This document shows, piece by piece, positions 36,559 through 45,322 of a DNA stretch of 64,000 nt. How positions within the stretch are numbered: position 1 is the stretch's first letter; the number at the start of each line of letters is the position of its first letter. The notes under the pieces were generated by a model, which was not told where the DNA came from, ran no database searches, and saw only the letters and a program-made list of their open reading frames with translations. The stretch comes from Thermodesulfobacteriota bacterium (GTDB lineage: Bacteria > Desulfobacterota > Desulfarculia > JACQYL01), in NCBI GenBank assembly GCA_963675595.2, contig CAXXLZ010000001.1:1696001-1760000 (forward strand). The letters run 5' to 3'. The position numbers and the translations under genes were made by a program.

Positions 36559-37377
36559 ATGGCATCCGCCAAGAAAACGGCCTCCCAAGGGTTCCACAAC
36601 AATTTGGAGCGTCTTTATCAAGCCTACAACCGACGCAGCCTGGTTCGCCCCGATCCTTTGGTCTTCCTATACGATTACCCCAAAGTGGAAGATCGCGAGA
36701 TCGTCGGCCTGATCGCAGCCCTTCTCGCATACGGCAGAGTGGAACAAATTCTGAAAAGCGTCGGCCGGGTATTGACCGTCATGGGTGCCCCTCGACAGTA
36801 CCTCGTGAATAACGATCCCGCCTCCATCCGAAACGACATGAGAGGTTTCCGGCACCGTTTTACCGGAGGTGAAGACCTGAGCCTTCTTCTTGTCGGAATG
36901 AAGGCGGCGATATCGGAGTTCGGTTCCCTGGAAGCCTGTTTCAGCGCGGGCGTCACGGCCGGCGACGAAAACGTGATGCCTGCTCTTGAACGTTTCGTCG
37001 AGACTCTCTCCCGACCGGCCGGAAACACGCTGCCTTTCCTCTTGCCTCTTCCAAGCAAAGGAAGCGCCTGCAAAAGGCTTCACCTGTTCCTTCGATGGAT
37101 GATCCGCAAGGATCGGGTGGATCCGGGCGGATGGAGGCAGGTTCCCCCCTCGAAGCTGATGGTCCCCATGGATACGCATATGCACCGCATCGCAACGAGT
37201 TTGGGGCTCACGTCCCGCAAATCTCCCAACCTGAAAGCCGTGGAAGAAGTCACCGCGGCATTTCGCCGAATGGTCCCCGAGGACCCCGTCAGGTATGACT
37301 TCGCCCTGACCAGATCGGGAATCCGGCCGGACTGCCCTCTCGAACCCTTTCTATCCCAAAAGAGGTCCGACTGTTGA
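36559..37377 (+). CDS. TIGR02757/DUF2400 family protein
   Basis: DP...DREI...A.LAYGRV.QI, SACKRL.LFLRWM.R.D.VDPG.W, P.DTH and DPVRYDFAL motifs. Confidence 0.9.
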   Translation: MASAKKTASQGFHNNLERLYQAYNRRSLVRPDPLVFLYDYPKVEDREIVGLIAALLAYGRVEQILKSVGRVLTVMGAPRQYLVNNDPASIRNDMRGFRHRFTGGEDLSLLLVGMKAAISEFGSLEACFSAGVTAGDENVMPALERFVETLSRPAGNTLPFLLPLPSKGSACKRLHLFLRWMIRKDRVDPGGWRQVPPSKLMVPMDTHMHRIATSLGLTSRKSPNLKAVEEVTAAFRRMVPEDPVRYDFALTRSGIRPDCPLEPFLSQKRSDC

Positions 37378-38204
37378 GCACTCACCCACCCAAGCCGGGT
37401 ATGAAGAAGAAGCTTCGACCAAACCGTTTAGGCAGGTTCGGCTCTTTCATCAAAAAGCATTCATGGTTCTTGTCTTTGGCCGTGACCTTGTTGGCCTGTT
37501 CCTTATTCCTTTATGAGCTTCACTATCTGCTGTTCGACGACCTTCATCACATTCTCGTCTTTCTATTGCACCACTTGGCGTTCATCCCCATCGAGGTGCT
37601 CCTCGTAGGCTTGGTTATCGAGCGCATTCTGGCTCGGAGAGAGAAGAAGATGATGCAACAGAAACTCAACATGGTCATCGGAACCTTTTTCAGCGAACTC
37701 GGCAAGGATCTGGTGAAGGACCTGGCATCCGCCGTGCAGAATCTTGATGAAGCCGTGGACTTCCTGACGGTAAAAGGCAACTGGTCCGACAAGGACTACC
37801 GCCGTGCTTTGGAGTTCGTGCAGCATTTTCGGTTCGCCGTGGATCCGGAAAGGCTTGATTTCTCGGCATTGCGTGACAGACTGATCCGTGAGCGAGACCT
37901 GTTGGTTCTGCTGTTGGGAAATCCGAACCTGCTCGAAAACGAGGAGTTCACCGAGCTGCTCTGGTCCGTCTTCCATTTAATCGACGAACTGTCGCACAGA
38001 AGTTCTTTCGACGATTTACCGGAACCGGACTCGAGGCATCTCGCTTTTGATGTGCATCGCGTATACAAAAGGCTTGTGCACGAGTGGATCAAGTATTGTC
38101 GACATCTTCAGCGAACCTATCCATACATGTTCGCATATCTTGTTCGAACCTACCCGCTGAGGGGCCATATTGCGCCGTCGTCCTCGACGGAACCGCATCC
38201 TTGA
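37374..38204 (+). CDS. Hypothetical membrane protein
   Basis: Two TMs then LAFIPIEVL...KLNMVIGTFFSELG and LL.NPNLLE.E.F..LLW.VFHL; overlaps the upstream stop; start uncertain (37374 or 37401). Confidence 0.7.
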   Translation: MSTHPPKPGMKKKLRPNRLGRFGSFIKKHSWFLSLAVTLLACSLFLYELHYLLFDDLHHILVFLLHHLAFIPIEVLLVGLVIERILARREKKMMQQKLNMVIGTFFSELGKDLVKDLASAVQNLDEAVDFLTVKGNWSDKDYRRALEFVQHFRFAVDPERLDFSALRDRLIRERDLLVLLLGNPNLLENEEFTELLWSVFHLIDELSHRSSFDDLPEPDSRHLAFDVHRVYKRLVHEWIKYCRHLQRTYPYMFAYLVRTYPLRGHIAPSSSTEPHP

Positions 38205-38261
38205 TCAGATGTAATCCAACGTGCCGCCGGCGAACACTTTAAAGCTCCGGGAGATATTTCA

Positions 38262-38600
38262 ATGACCGCCTCCATCGCGGAAACTATAATGGAAGACCGG
38301 GACCTCGGAAAGCTCGTCCGGGTATTGGTCGGCAGGTTCGACCCCGAACGGGTGTATTTGTATGGTGATGCGGCGCAAGGGTCGACAACGGACTGCGAAA
38401 CCTATCATTTGGTCATGGTCGTCTCATCGGCCCACGATCCACAACATCAAGAGAAGGAAATCGCCGAAATCACTACCGGGTTGGGGGCTTCGACGCCGGT
38501 CCGTGTTCTCACGAGACACGAATTCGAGGGTCAGCTTGAGATACCCGAATCGCTCCCGAACCTCGTTGCACAAAACGGCTGGGTCCTTTACGGAATTTAA
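38262..38600 (+). CDS. Minimal nucleotidyltransferase (MNT)-like protein with degenerate catalytic motif
   Basis: FDPERVYLYG..A.G start and G.VLY end match the MNT fold, but GS is GD and DxD is replaced. Confidence 0.65.
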   Translation: MTASIAETIMEDRDLGKLVRVLVGRFDPERVYLYGDAAQGSTTDCETYHLVMVVSSAHDPQHQEKEIAEITTGLGASTPVRVLTRHEFEGQLEIPESLPNLVAQNGWVLYGI

Positions 38601-38645
38601 CCGGACCGGGCCGAATTCTTTGCTCATAAGAAAGGGGGAAAACGG

Positions 38646-38828
38646 ATGAACGACAAAGAAGAGAAGGTGCTCGAAGCCATGAAGAACGCCGGACAACCCG
38701 TCCGTCCCGGTGACGTGGTCACCTCCACCGGACTGTCCAAAGAAGAGGTATCCAAGACCATCACCTCTCTGAAGAAGCAGGGGCTCATCATCTCGCCCAA
38801 GAGATGCTACTACTCACCAGCCGAATGA
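38646..38828 (+). CDS. Small winged-HTH protein
   Basis: 60 aa VLEAMK.AG.P..PGDV...GL.KEEV.K.I..LKK.G.I.SPKRCYY; GGGGG RBS. Confidence 0.8.
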   Translation: MNDKEEKVLEAMKNAGQPVRPGDVVTSTGLSKEEVSKTITSLKKQGLIISPKRCYYSPAE

Positions 38829-38950
38829 GCGAGGGCGAACCGCCATGATTCGAACGGGCGCGGTTCCCGCCGGCCCGTTCAAAACGCATTCGCCCTCTCA
38901 TCCAATAGCGGAGATCCCAACGGACTTAGCAGCCCTTAAGCGGCTTCGCC

Positions 38951-40588
38951 CTATTCATCTCGGCCGGCGACCACCGGCTCTGTTTGCTCGGAACCGGCCC
39001 AAAGCCTGATCAGGAACGTCTGCATCAAAGACAACACGACGAAGTAGCCCATCCACGAGGGAAATCCCGCGATCACGGCATTGGAATCGGACCACTGCCA
39101 CCAGTCCAGCGAAGCAAAAAACAGGATCGCGAACGCCGCTCCGAACCCGATCACTCGTCGAGAAACGTTCTCCATCACCAGCCTCGCGGAAGGCAGAAGA
39201 GCCGCTGTTACGATATAGACTCCGAAAGTCGTGATAATGATCGGCACGGCGGGTAGAAAGTTCCCCGAGGGCAACACCTTGAAGTAGGAGAGAATGACGA
39301 GGGTTTCCCCCACGAGAATCGACGATACGGCGGCCACCGTACTTGGTTTTTTGGAATAAAGCCCGAAAAAAACCGTCGGGAAGAGCACGGCCAGACCAGT
39401 GAAGGTTTGGGTTGCAATCTGGATGATGGTCGACGAAGGCCGTATGGCAAAGAAAAGTCCCACCGCCGCCAGACCAAGCACGAAGATTCTACCCGGCAAA
39501 GCCGTGGTGCGCTCATCCGACCGCCTGAAGATGGGATATATGTCCCTCGTGAAAATGGAACTCAACGTCAGAAGCTGAGAGTCCATGGTGGACATCAACG
39601 CAGCCAGCCCGGCGGAAATGATGAGCGTACCCATGAAGTCCCCACCGATTTCCTTCATCATCAGAGGAAGAACCCGGTCCGCTTCTTTTCCTTCGAGTCC
39701 GGGGAAGGAAAGATGCCCGAAAACTCCCAGGGCTACCGGGAGGAAAAACACCACAGTGCACACCAGTGGATAAAACAACATGGTGGACCTCAGCGCCGCC
39801 GGATTCTTCGCGCTGAAGAACCTCTGAAACAGCTGCGGGAACATGGGATCACAGAAGAACCAGAGCATTATGAAGCTGAACCAGAGTTCCGGTCCAAACC
39901 GTCCCAGTCCTCCCGGTCGCGAGAGCAGCTCGGGGTGTGAATGCCGAACGGCTTCGTTGGCGGCACTCAATCCCCCGTAATGATCCGCCACCATCCAAAG
40001 CGCTAGAATCATTAAGAACAACATCAGGAACCCCTGAAAAACGTCCGTCCAAGCAACAGCCCTGAGCCCGCCTCGAAAGGTGTACAAGACGATGACCAGA
40101 GTGATGATAAGAGCCCCTGTTGCTTGAGGAATTTCCAGCAGTTCGTTCAGCACGTACCCCCCTGCCATGGGCTGCAACGCCAAATAGGGTATGGTGAACA
40201 CGATCATCACCAGAGCGAAAAGTACGGAGAGTCCCCGACTGCCGTAAAGCTCGGCCACCAGCTCGGGCGGCGAAACCAATCCCTTCTCCCGCCCCACTTG
40301 CCAAATCCGTTTGCCGATGACCCAAAACGTCAGAGCCATGAATCCGGTGCCGAACCCCACAATGGGGAAGAAAGCATAACCGTCTCGGTATCCCGCGCCG
40401 GATGCACCAAACACGGTGAAAGCCGAAAAATTGGTCGCCGCCATGGTCCCCAGAAGAACGATTCCGCCAAGCCCCCTACCCGCGAGAAAATATTCGTCCG
40501 GACTGGAACGCCAGCGCGTTCGCGCAAAGAACCCGATGGCAAGAACGACTAAAAAATACCCAGCGATCACGGCAATTCGAACAGACAC
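38951..40588 (-). CDS. Sodium:solute symporter (SSS) family protein
   Basis: EYFLAGR, ATNFSAF, GGLRAVAWTD.FQG and AALMSTMDSQLL motifs; GTG at 40588 with GGAGGT RBS (the ORF-track start at 41023 is over-extended). Confidence 0.93.
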   Translation of the reverse strand: MSVRIAVIAGYFLVVLAIGFFARTRWRSSPDEYFLAGRGLGGIVLLGTMAATNFSAFTVFGASGAGYRDGYAFFPIVGFGTGFMALTFWVIGKRIWQVGREKGLVSPPELVAELYGSRGLSVLFALVMIVFTIPYLALQPMAGGYVLNELLEIPQATGALIITLVIVLYTFRGGLRAVAWTDVFQGFLMLFLMILALWMVADHYGGLSAANEAVRHSHPELLSRPGGLGRFGPELWFSFIMLWFFCDPMFPQLFQRFFSAKNPAALRSTMLFYPLVCTVVFFLPVALGVFGHLSFPGLEGKEADRVLPLMMKEIGGDFMGTLIISAGLAALMSTMDSQLLTLSSIFTRDIYPIFRRSDERTTALPGRIFVLGLAAVGLFFAIRPSSTIIQIATQTFTGLAVLFPTVFFGLYSKKPSTVAAVSSILVGETLVILSYFKVLPSGNFLPAVPIIITTFGVYIVTAALLPSARLVMENVSRRVIGFGAAFAILFFASLDWWQWSDSNAVIAGFPSWMGYFVVLSLMQTFLIRLWAGSEQTEPVVAGRDE

Positions 40589-40602
40589 AGGTCCACCTCC
40601 CC

Positions 40603-40639
40603 AAAAAAAAGCGGCCACCCCGCAAGTCGGGATGGCCGT
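40603..40639 (-). terminator. Intrinsic terminator in the symporter 5' leader
   Basis: Minus strand CGGCCAUCCCG-ACUUG-CGGGGUGGCCG-C-U8, ending directly before the RBS. Confidence 0.88.
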
Positions 40640-40677
40640 AAGCCTGACATAACCTGCAAACAACTGACTAATTGTTG
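40603..40677 (-). ncRNA. Candidate riboswitch/attenuator leader (Na+-sensing class is the first hypothesis)
   Basis: Short structured segment between a sigma-70 promoter and a terminator whose 5' arm overlaps it; family identity not verified. Confidence 0.55.
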
Positions 40678-40683
40678 CGCGGG

Positions 40684-40712
40684 AGTATACGGGACTTGCC
40701 GCTCCGGGACAA
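40684..40712 (-). promoter_or_regulatory. Sigma-70 promoter of the symporter
   Basis: Minus strand TTGTCC-N17-TATACT. Confidence 0.75.
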
Positions 40713-40910
40713 GAGGAAAAAATCAAAAAATAGGATAACCCAAGTTCGTTGCAAGGCCGCCAAACAAACAATACAATATCCGGCATCCCAATACGTTTTA
40801 TGTAAGGTGCGATGAGCGTGCTGAACATCGACAACGGAAAGCCTTGATCGCCGGGCTGGGCCAACGCCGAATCGGGCTTGCCGTGTGTCGTTTTGCGAAA
40901 AGGAGAACGT

Positions 40911-41690
40911 TTGAACTGGAGAGTGGCCACATTCAACGCCAATTCCATTCGATCCCGGCTTGACCTGATATTGGGCCGGCTCGAAAAACATCGTCCCAAT
41001 GTCTTATGTGTCCAGGAAACCAAGGTTCGGGACTCGGAATTTCCGCGAGAGGCTTTCGCCGGAACCGGGTTCGAGGTGGTCTTCCACGGGCAGAAAAGCT
41101 ACAACGGTGTCGCGCTGATCACCCGCAGCCGGCCGGAAGATGTCATTGTGTCTTTCGGCGACGAAGGAGCTGAAGGAGAGGCCAGGATGATTATGGCAAC
41201 GGTGGACGGAGTGAAAATTCTGAACACCTATGTTCCCCAGGGAAGAGATCCGGACAGCGAGCATTTCGAGGCCAAGATCGCTTTTTTCCACCGAATCAAG
41301 GAATTCTTAAGCGAAAACCATGATCCCGCGGCGCCCCTCATCTGGGCGGGCGACTTGAACGTCGCCCCCGAGCCCGAGGACGTGTATGACCCGAAACGGA
41401 TGGAGGGCCACGTTTGTTTCCACCCCCGAGAAAGGGAGGCTCTGGCGGAAATCAAAGAATGGGGATTGATCGACGTGTTCCGTCTTCACAACAAGGAGGC
41501 GAAGCAATATACATTCTGGGATTACCGTCTGCCCAAAGCACTGGAGCGAAATCTGGGTTGGCGGTTGGACCACATTTTGGCGACCCGTCCGCTCGCGGAC
41601 GCCTCTCGGGGGGCATGGATCGATTTCGAAGCACGGGCGTTGCCGAAACCTTCCGATCATACGTTTCTGGTGGCCGACTTCGAGCTGTGA
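40911..41690 (+). CDS. xth: Exodeoxyribonuclease III
   Basis: ATFNANSIR, CVQETK, YNGVA, YVPQG, GDLNVA, YTFWDYR, GWRLDH and PSDH motifs; TTG start with AAGGAG RBS. Confidence 0.96.
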   Translation: MNWRVATFNANSIRSRLDLILGRLEKHRPNVLCVQETKVRDSEFPREAFAGTGFEVVFHGQKSYNGVALITRSRPEDVIVSFGDEGAEGEARMIMATVDGVKILNTYVPQGRDPDSEHFEAKIAFFHRIKEFLSENHDPAAPLIWAGDLNVAPEPEDVYDPKRMEGHVCFHPREREALAEIKEWGLIDVFRLHNKEAKQYTFWDYRLPKALERNLGWRLDHILATRPLADASRGAWIDFEARALPKPSDHTFLVADFEL

Positions 41691-42228
41691 TAGTCCAGCC
41701 CGCATTACGCGAAACTCCGGCGAAGCGAACGTGAATCATACATACTGTTCCAACCATTGATGGAAACCGTCCCTCATGGACGACCCGGGGCGGGGGCGGC
41801 CTTCGCCTTTTTTCTCCTGCATCGGGAGCCGCGCTTCCCGCGCCCTTGAATCACTCTCAACGATTTGCGGGCCATATTATGCTCCGGATATGTTTTCCGG
41901 AAGTCTCAGTACCACACTTTCAGATGTTGCAATTATCGATCCGGTCTTCTACAATTAAGAATTTGCGGCATGATCAATCACTGTCGTGAGGCTTGTCGTA
42001 TTCCATCCCATCAATTTCTCTTGAATAGACTGAATTTCATCGCATGTTTTTCCTGTGACGGCCCGTTTGAAAATGAAGACATGCGAGGCATGCGAACGTC
42101 CGGAAACAATTCGCTCGCCGAGTATACCGTGGTAACGGGAAATCGGCCACAATCCGTTTACTGCGGACGGATCGTCTCCGGGGACCCGACACCGGAAGGC
42201 TCTGCATCGGTATAGAAGGTTCCAAATC

Positions 42229-42795
42229 ATGCATCAGGAGTCGAGGACCATGCCCTGGATGGCGCTGATTGTGCTACTGTTCCCTCTCTGGTTCGCTGCG
42301 CCCGGCTGTACACCGACGCCCACGGATGAAGCGCTGGAATTCAGGAACGAAGTCATTTCCAGATCGGTACCCCTACGAAGCGAAACGGCATCTCTGATTG
42401 CGGAGGGAAATCCGGGAGGAATTCGGACTCTGTTCGTATCGTTCTTCGAAAAATACTGGGATGAAAAGAGTCCCTATCTGGGACTCGTTGCCTTCGACAA
42501 CGAAGCCAAGGTACTGTGCGCCTACAGTCCCGTTGAAGACGCCACCCGCGTAAAAGGTTTGAACTTCTCCAACTACGAGGCCATCAGGAAAGCCTTGAAA
42601 TCCGAGCGGACCACGACCATGGTGCTCTATTACCTTCAAAACGGTAAACGCTTCACCATGCCGGCGGTCAACTTCCCTTTGGACCGAAACGGTGAGGTCG
42701 TCGGGATATTGAGCGTCTTCTTCCTGAGAGAAACCCTTGAAGCGGAATACGGTATCAAGGTCGAGGAGTTCGAAAGATTGGAATTCGGGGACTGA
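42229..42795 (+). CDS. Lipoprotein with probable Cache/PDC-like domain
   Basis: Hydrophobic signal ending APGC; NFSNY..I.KAL and P...NGEVVGIL patterns typical of Cache domains; start may be 42250. Confidence 0.55.
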   Translation: MHQESRTMPWMALIVLLFPLWFAAPGCTPTPTDEALEFRNEVISRSVPLRSETASLIAEGNPGGIRTLFVSFFEKYWDEKSPYLGLVAFDNEAKVLCAYSPVEDATRVKGLNFSNYEAIRKALKSERTTTMVLYYLQNGKRFTMPAVNFPLDRNGEVVGILSVFFLRETLEAEYGIKVEEFERLEFGD

Positions 42796-42846
42796 AACCT
42801 CGGATCGCACCCTTGACGTTCCGATCGACGTCCGGTATTCGGCACT

Positions 42847-43518
42847 TCAGGAAATCTCCATTCCCTTTTCCGTCTTCGGCCCCGCATCCCCTTCCGTCAA
42901 CCTGCTCTCAACGGCTGAATAGACATCCCTGATCAAAGACTTGGAGAACGCTTCCGCCGCACGACTCATTGCCTCCGCCACGGCCTTGGGGCCCTTTCCC
43001 TTGCAGGGCCTTTTCTCATGGTATGTCTTGTCCAAAATTACACGTTTCGACGCGTCCTGCGTGAAGTCGTCCACCAGCATGACGGCCACGGTAAGCACGG
43101 CGTACCAGGCGCTCTCTTCGTCCAGCTCGTAGAATTCCTCAATATCGCCCATCAGAAGAAATCGTGGCAGATTCAAGTCGCTCGATCGAGGCATCACACG
43201 GACGATACCAGACGCTCGCAGATCTCGAGCAAGGAAATCTCCCAGCATATCCGCGGGACTTTCGAGCCAAGCGTGATAGACATAGGTCTTTCTCTCGAAT
43301 GGGTTTTCCCTATAGACGATGGGGAGGCTGTTATAGATGGAAGCGATTTCAAACCGCTCGACTCTCAAGTCGGCGTCCAGAGGATTCATTCCCTCCAAGA
43401 ACGGCGGAGAATATTCCAGCACATAATGAACCATCCTCTCCTCCGGCGGCGGGCCGGACGCACACGAGAGGAGAATTGCCGGAATCAGAAAAAGGCACAA
43501 CCAGTTGAGCCTGGCCAT
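42847..43518 (-). CDS. ABC-type transport auxiliary lipoprotein (PqiC-like)
   Basis: Lipobox LLSC; Y....IVYR and W...PA.ML motifs; last gene of the MCE operon. Confidence 0.85.
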   Translation of the reverse strand: MARLNWLCLFLIPAILLSCASGPPPEERMVHYVLEYSPPFLEGMNPLDADLRVERFEIASIYNSLPIVYRENPFERKTYVYHAWLESPADMLGDFLARDLRASGIVRVMPRSSDLNLPRFLLMGDIEEFYELDEESAWYAVLTVAVMLVDDFTQDASKRVILDKTYHEKRPCKGKGPKAVAEAMSRAAEAFSKSLIRDVYSAVESRLTEGDAGPKTEKGMEIS

Positions 43519-43532
43519 AGGCAGCTCCTCAT

Positions 43533-44498
43533 CTACCAGTTCCGCTCTGGAACGGGCCTGTCGAACAAGAGGCCCGAAGGTCTTCGTTCGAGGTTTTTTG
43601 AAAAAGTCTTCAGGTTCTCGCCGGTGGTTTCCAGGTCCCGTGTGATGCGTTCCAGCCTTCGCTGAAGGACCTCCGTCTTCTGATCCACACCCTGAATCAG
43701 CGCAGTTCCGGAATCGGTGAGCCGGTCCAGCTTGTTCATGCTGTTCGCGAAGCGTTTTTCAACCTCCAGCTTTTTCACGATCGCCCGGATTTCCCCGGTG
43801 GCCTCCCGCGCTTCCCGAAGCAGCGCGTCGGCGTTCTTGAGAGAGTTTTCAACGCGGGGGTCTCCAACGATCCGTTTCAACTCGGATATCGTTGCCCCCA
43901 GGTCCCCCGTCATTGTCTCCAAATTGGTGATCAACGTACCCCACCTGGGATCCGAGGCAAGACTGTTCAAGGCCGCGACCATGTTATTGATGCCGGCAAC
44001 CAAGCCTTCCAGATCGAGCTGGTTCAAGCGGCTGAAGACATCGTCCAGGCCCTGAAAAAACTGATGCAATGTGGAGGGCTTGGAAGGAATCTCCGGAGCG
44101 GGTGTAGGAAAATCGATCGCGAGAGGCTCCGGTTGAGACGACGATGTGGGGTCCAATTGCGCGAGCTCGATGAAGCGAATACCGGTGATGCCGACTTCCT
44201 TCAGTTGGGCCCGTACGTCCCGGGTAATCTGGATTTTCGGATCAATCCGCATGGATACCTCGATCAGTTTACCGTCAGGAGCCACACTGATCCCATCCAC
44301 CCGGCCTACGGTCACTCCGCGATATTTTACCGAGGCATCCGTGCTCAGACCGCTGACGGACTCGTCGAAATAGGTCACATAGGCCTTGGTTTCCTCGAAC
44401 ATCCGTGAGGCGCCCAGCCAGATCACGGCGGTCAACCCCACGACAATCCCGATCAAGAGAAACAGGCCCACGCGAAACGAACTCGCTTTTGTAAGCAT
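43533..44498 (-). CDS. mlaD: MCE/MlaD family protein with long helical tail
   Basis: VGLF TM, FDESVSGL...SVKYRGV.VGRV, GITG..FIEL and a coiled-coil C-terminus ending PS.LLF. Confidence 0.9.
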   Translation of the reverse strand: MLTKASSFRVGLFLLIGIVVGLTAVIWLGASRMFEETKAYVTYFDESVSGLSTDASVKYRGVTVGRVDGISVAPDGKLIEVSMRIDPKIQITRDVRAQLKEVGITGIRFIELAQLDPTSSSQPEPLAIDFPTPAPEIPSKPSTLHQFFQGLDDVFSRLNQLDLEGLVAGINNMVAALNSLASDPRWGTLITNLETMTGDLGATISELKRIVGDPRVENSLKNADALLREAREATGEIRAIVKKLEVEKRFANSMNKLDRLTDSGTALIQGVDQKTEVLQRRLERITRDLETTGENLKTFSKNLERRPSGLLFDRPVPERNW

Positions 44499-44545
44499 GA
44501 ATGTCTTTCCTCGACAGAGTGGTTCCCCACGGGCGATTTCCGGCT

Positions 44546-45322
44546 TCAGGAAACCGTTGCCCGCTGCATTGCCTCACGCCTGAAAAAACTTCGGACCTTG
44601 CTGTTTTCACTGTGTTCGCGGAGTTCCTTGGGATCTCCGGCCGCGATGATCGTTTTAGCGGCCTTGTCCAGCACGATGGCGCGCTCAATCACCGTGAAGA
44701 TGCTGTCCAAATCATGAGTCACGATGACCATGGTCGTGTCCAAACTCCGATTCAGCGTCAGGATCAATTGGTCCAGTTCGGCAGCGGTGATGGGATCCAA
44801 CCCCGCGGAAGGTTCGTCGAAAAACAACAACTGAGGGTCCAGCGCCATGGCCCGGGCCAGGGCGGCCCGCTTCTTCATACCCCCGCTGAGTTCGTCGGGA
44901 TAGTAGTCTTCATACCCGGAGAGGCTGACCATCTGGAGCTTCATGCGCACCATGGTTTCGACCAAGGCACCTCGAAGTTCCGTATTTTCCAGGATAGGCA
45001 GAGCCACGTTTTCGAAAATGGTCAGGGAACTCAGCAAGGCTCCGGCCTGAAACAGCACCCCCATCTTTCCGATCACACGATCCATTCCATCGTGAGAGGC
45101 TCGGGTGGTCTCTTCTCCGTCCAACCATATGCGCCCTCGGTAAGGCGCGAGAAGGCCGATAAGAATCTTGAGCAGCGTGCTTTTTCCGCAACCACTGCCT
45201 CCAAGAATCCCGAAAATCTCCCCTCGCCGGACCTCGAAATTCACTTCCCGGAAGATGGTGGTTTCACCGTAGCGACCTTCAAGGTCCTCGACTCGAATGA
45301 TGAAATCGCTTGCTTTGTTCAA
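44546..45322 (-). CDS. mlaF: MlaF-like ABC ATPase
   Basis: GGSGCGKST, ELSGGMKKR and FFDEPSAGLDP motifs; TTG start overlapping the mlaE stop. Confidence 0.9.
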   Translation of the reverse strand: MNKASDFIIRVEDLEGRYGETTIFREVNFEVRRGEIFGILGGSGCGKSTLLKILIGLLAPYRGRIWLDGEETTRASHDGMDRVIGKMGVLFQAGALLSSLTIFENVALPILENTELRGALVETMVRMKLQMVSLSGYEDYYPDELSGGMKKRAALARAMALDPQLLFFDEPSAGLDPITAAELDQLILTLNRSLDTTMVIVTHDLDSIFTVIERAIVLDKAAKTIIAAGDPKELREHSENSKVRSFFRREAMQRATVS

